Source: Macrostomum lignano
Taxonomy: Eukaryota
Length of the DNA stretch: 64,000 nucleotides
Reading direction: 5' to 3'
NCBI GenBank assembly: GCA_002269645.1
Contig: NIVC01000493.1
Location: forward strand, 434,001-498,000
Positions 63,120-64,000 of this stretch are shown one piece after another (the stretch's first letter is position 1; every line of letters begins with the position of its first letter). Position numbers and translations under genes: made by a program. The notes under the pieces are model-generated. The model worked only from the letters and a program-made list of their open reading frames with translations. It did not search any database and had not been told where the DNA came from.

Positions 63120-63188
63120 CTAGGGGATAAGGATAAGATAAACTCAAACGCATGTCAACTGTGTGTGTGTACAAGTGTACAAACTTAC

Positions 63189-63998
63189 CACATCCCGATA
63201 GCGCAGCTCTACAGTCTCGGTGGCCTCGGCGTGCGGGACAAAAGCCTCGGTACGGCCGCCAAACAGGGCATCCTCCAGGCGAATAGGCTGCTGGACTGGC
63301 GCTCCCTCGTCCTGATAGTCGTGCTCCCACAGAACACGCACATTGTATGCAGTGGAGAGCAGCCGGGTGAAGCGCTCAGTCTCCTCATAAATTGCTCGCA
63401 TTGGCTGGTTCTTGAGCGGGTGCAGCACGTCGCCGTTGGGGAAGCACTTGGGACAGCCATGGAAGAAGCAGCCATGAAACTGCAGCACTGTCCTGGTCTC
63501 TGGGTCGAAGCCGTCGACCTTACGGCCCATGGCGAAAGCCTCGCCGCCCGAGTCCGCTGTCCGCAACCGGCCGCCAAACTCGGTTGCATTTAAATGTGCC
63601 AGCCAGCACCGCGCCTTGTGCGACTGTACATCGGACCGGCGGGAAATCACCCCAAGAGTGTTGGGCTCCATAAACTTGGTGGTGAATACCGACATGGCCA
63701 AGCCCGCAATGGTGTTGGATTGAACAAATGCGTCCAGTCCGCAAATGTCCTTAATCAGGCGGGTGTACTTTAGACAGCCTTCCCGCAAAATTAACGTGTC
63801 CTGCAGGCAGTAGTCCAGGTACTCCTTATTGAAATTAAACACCTGTCCCTCCTGCTTGGCCAGCCAGTCGGCGATGGAGTCATGCTGCTTATTCTTCTTC
63901 CCGCCGTACATATCAATTGAGCAGTAGGGACCGACGTACCCCCAATTTTGAGGCTGGTTAAACACGTGCGGGAAATCTCCTTTGGTCAGTTGGGTGCC
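63189..63998 (-). CDS. Protein-primed DNA polymerase B, exon (exonuclease end, Vsr-like insert, pre-motif A); open to the window edge
   Basis: KGDFPHVFN..YCLQDTLIL..TIAGLAM..KVDG..QFHGCFFHGCPKC..LFGGRTE..YRDV; donor GTG|GTAAGT at 63188. Spliced total in window is 2046 nt = 681 aa plus stop. Confidence 0.93.
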
Positions 63999-64000
63999 CA

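Larger units (their letters stand above)
60485..64000 (-). mobile_element. Polinton/Maverick-like element (left part; continues beyond the window; left boundary uncertain)
   Basis: Carries a protein-primed PolB next to a GC-rich repeat/palindrome block like a TIR. Integrase and capsid genes are not visible in this window. Confidence 0.6.

Overview
Eukaryotic (animal) genomic DNA with GC-rich spliced exons in AT-rich, repeat-laden sequence. By my summed estimate about a third of the window is tandem repeat. The style resembles a Macrostomum-type flatworm genome, but that is an inference I cannot confirm. Contents: (1) a ~6 kb 23-bp satellite with higher-order structure, bracketed by Helitron/DINE-like repeat ends; (2) a two-exon minus-strand gene for a ~609-aa type I membrane protein (signal peptide, CUB-like region, LDLa-like module, TM, ITIM-like tail); (3) a tRNA-Met-headed CORE-type SINE, a Harbinger-like MITE and a frameshifted piggyBac transposase; (4) a divergent WNK-family kinase gene on the plus strand (7 frame-consistent exons, >=1175 aa, 3' end unresolved) in which every intron carries a different minisatellite; (5) the C-terminal ~681 aa of an intact Polinton/Maverick-type protein-primed DNA polymerase B on the minus strand. 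The top finding is that this polymerase is split by three 69-70 nt GT-AG introns, one in each of catalytic motifs A, B and C, within 2-8 nt of the classical PolB intein sites. No rRNA, intact tRNA or CRISPR array was found.
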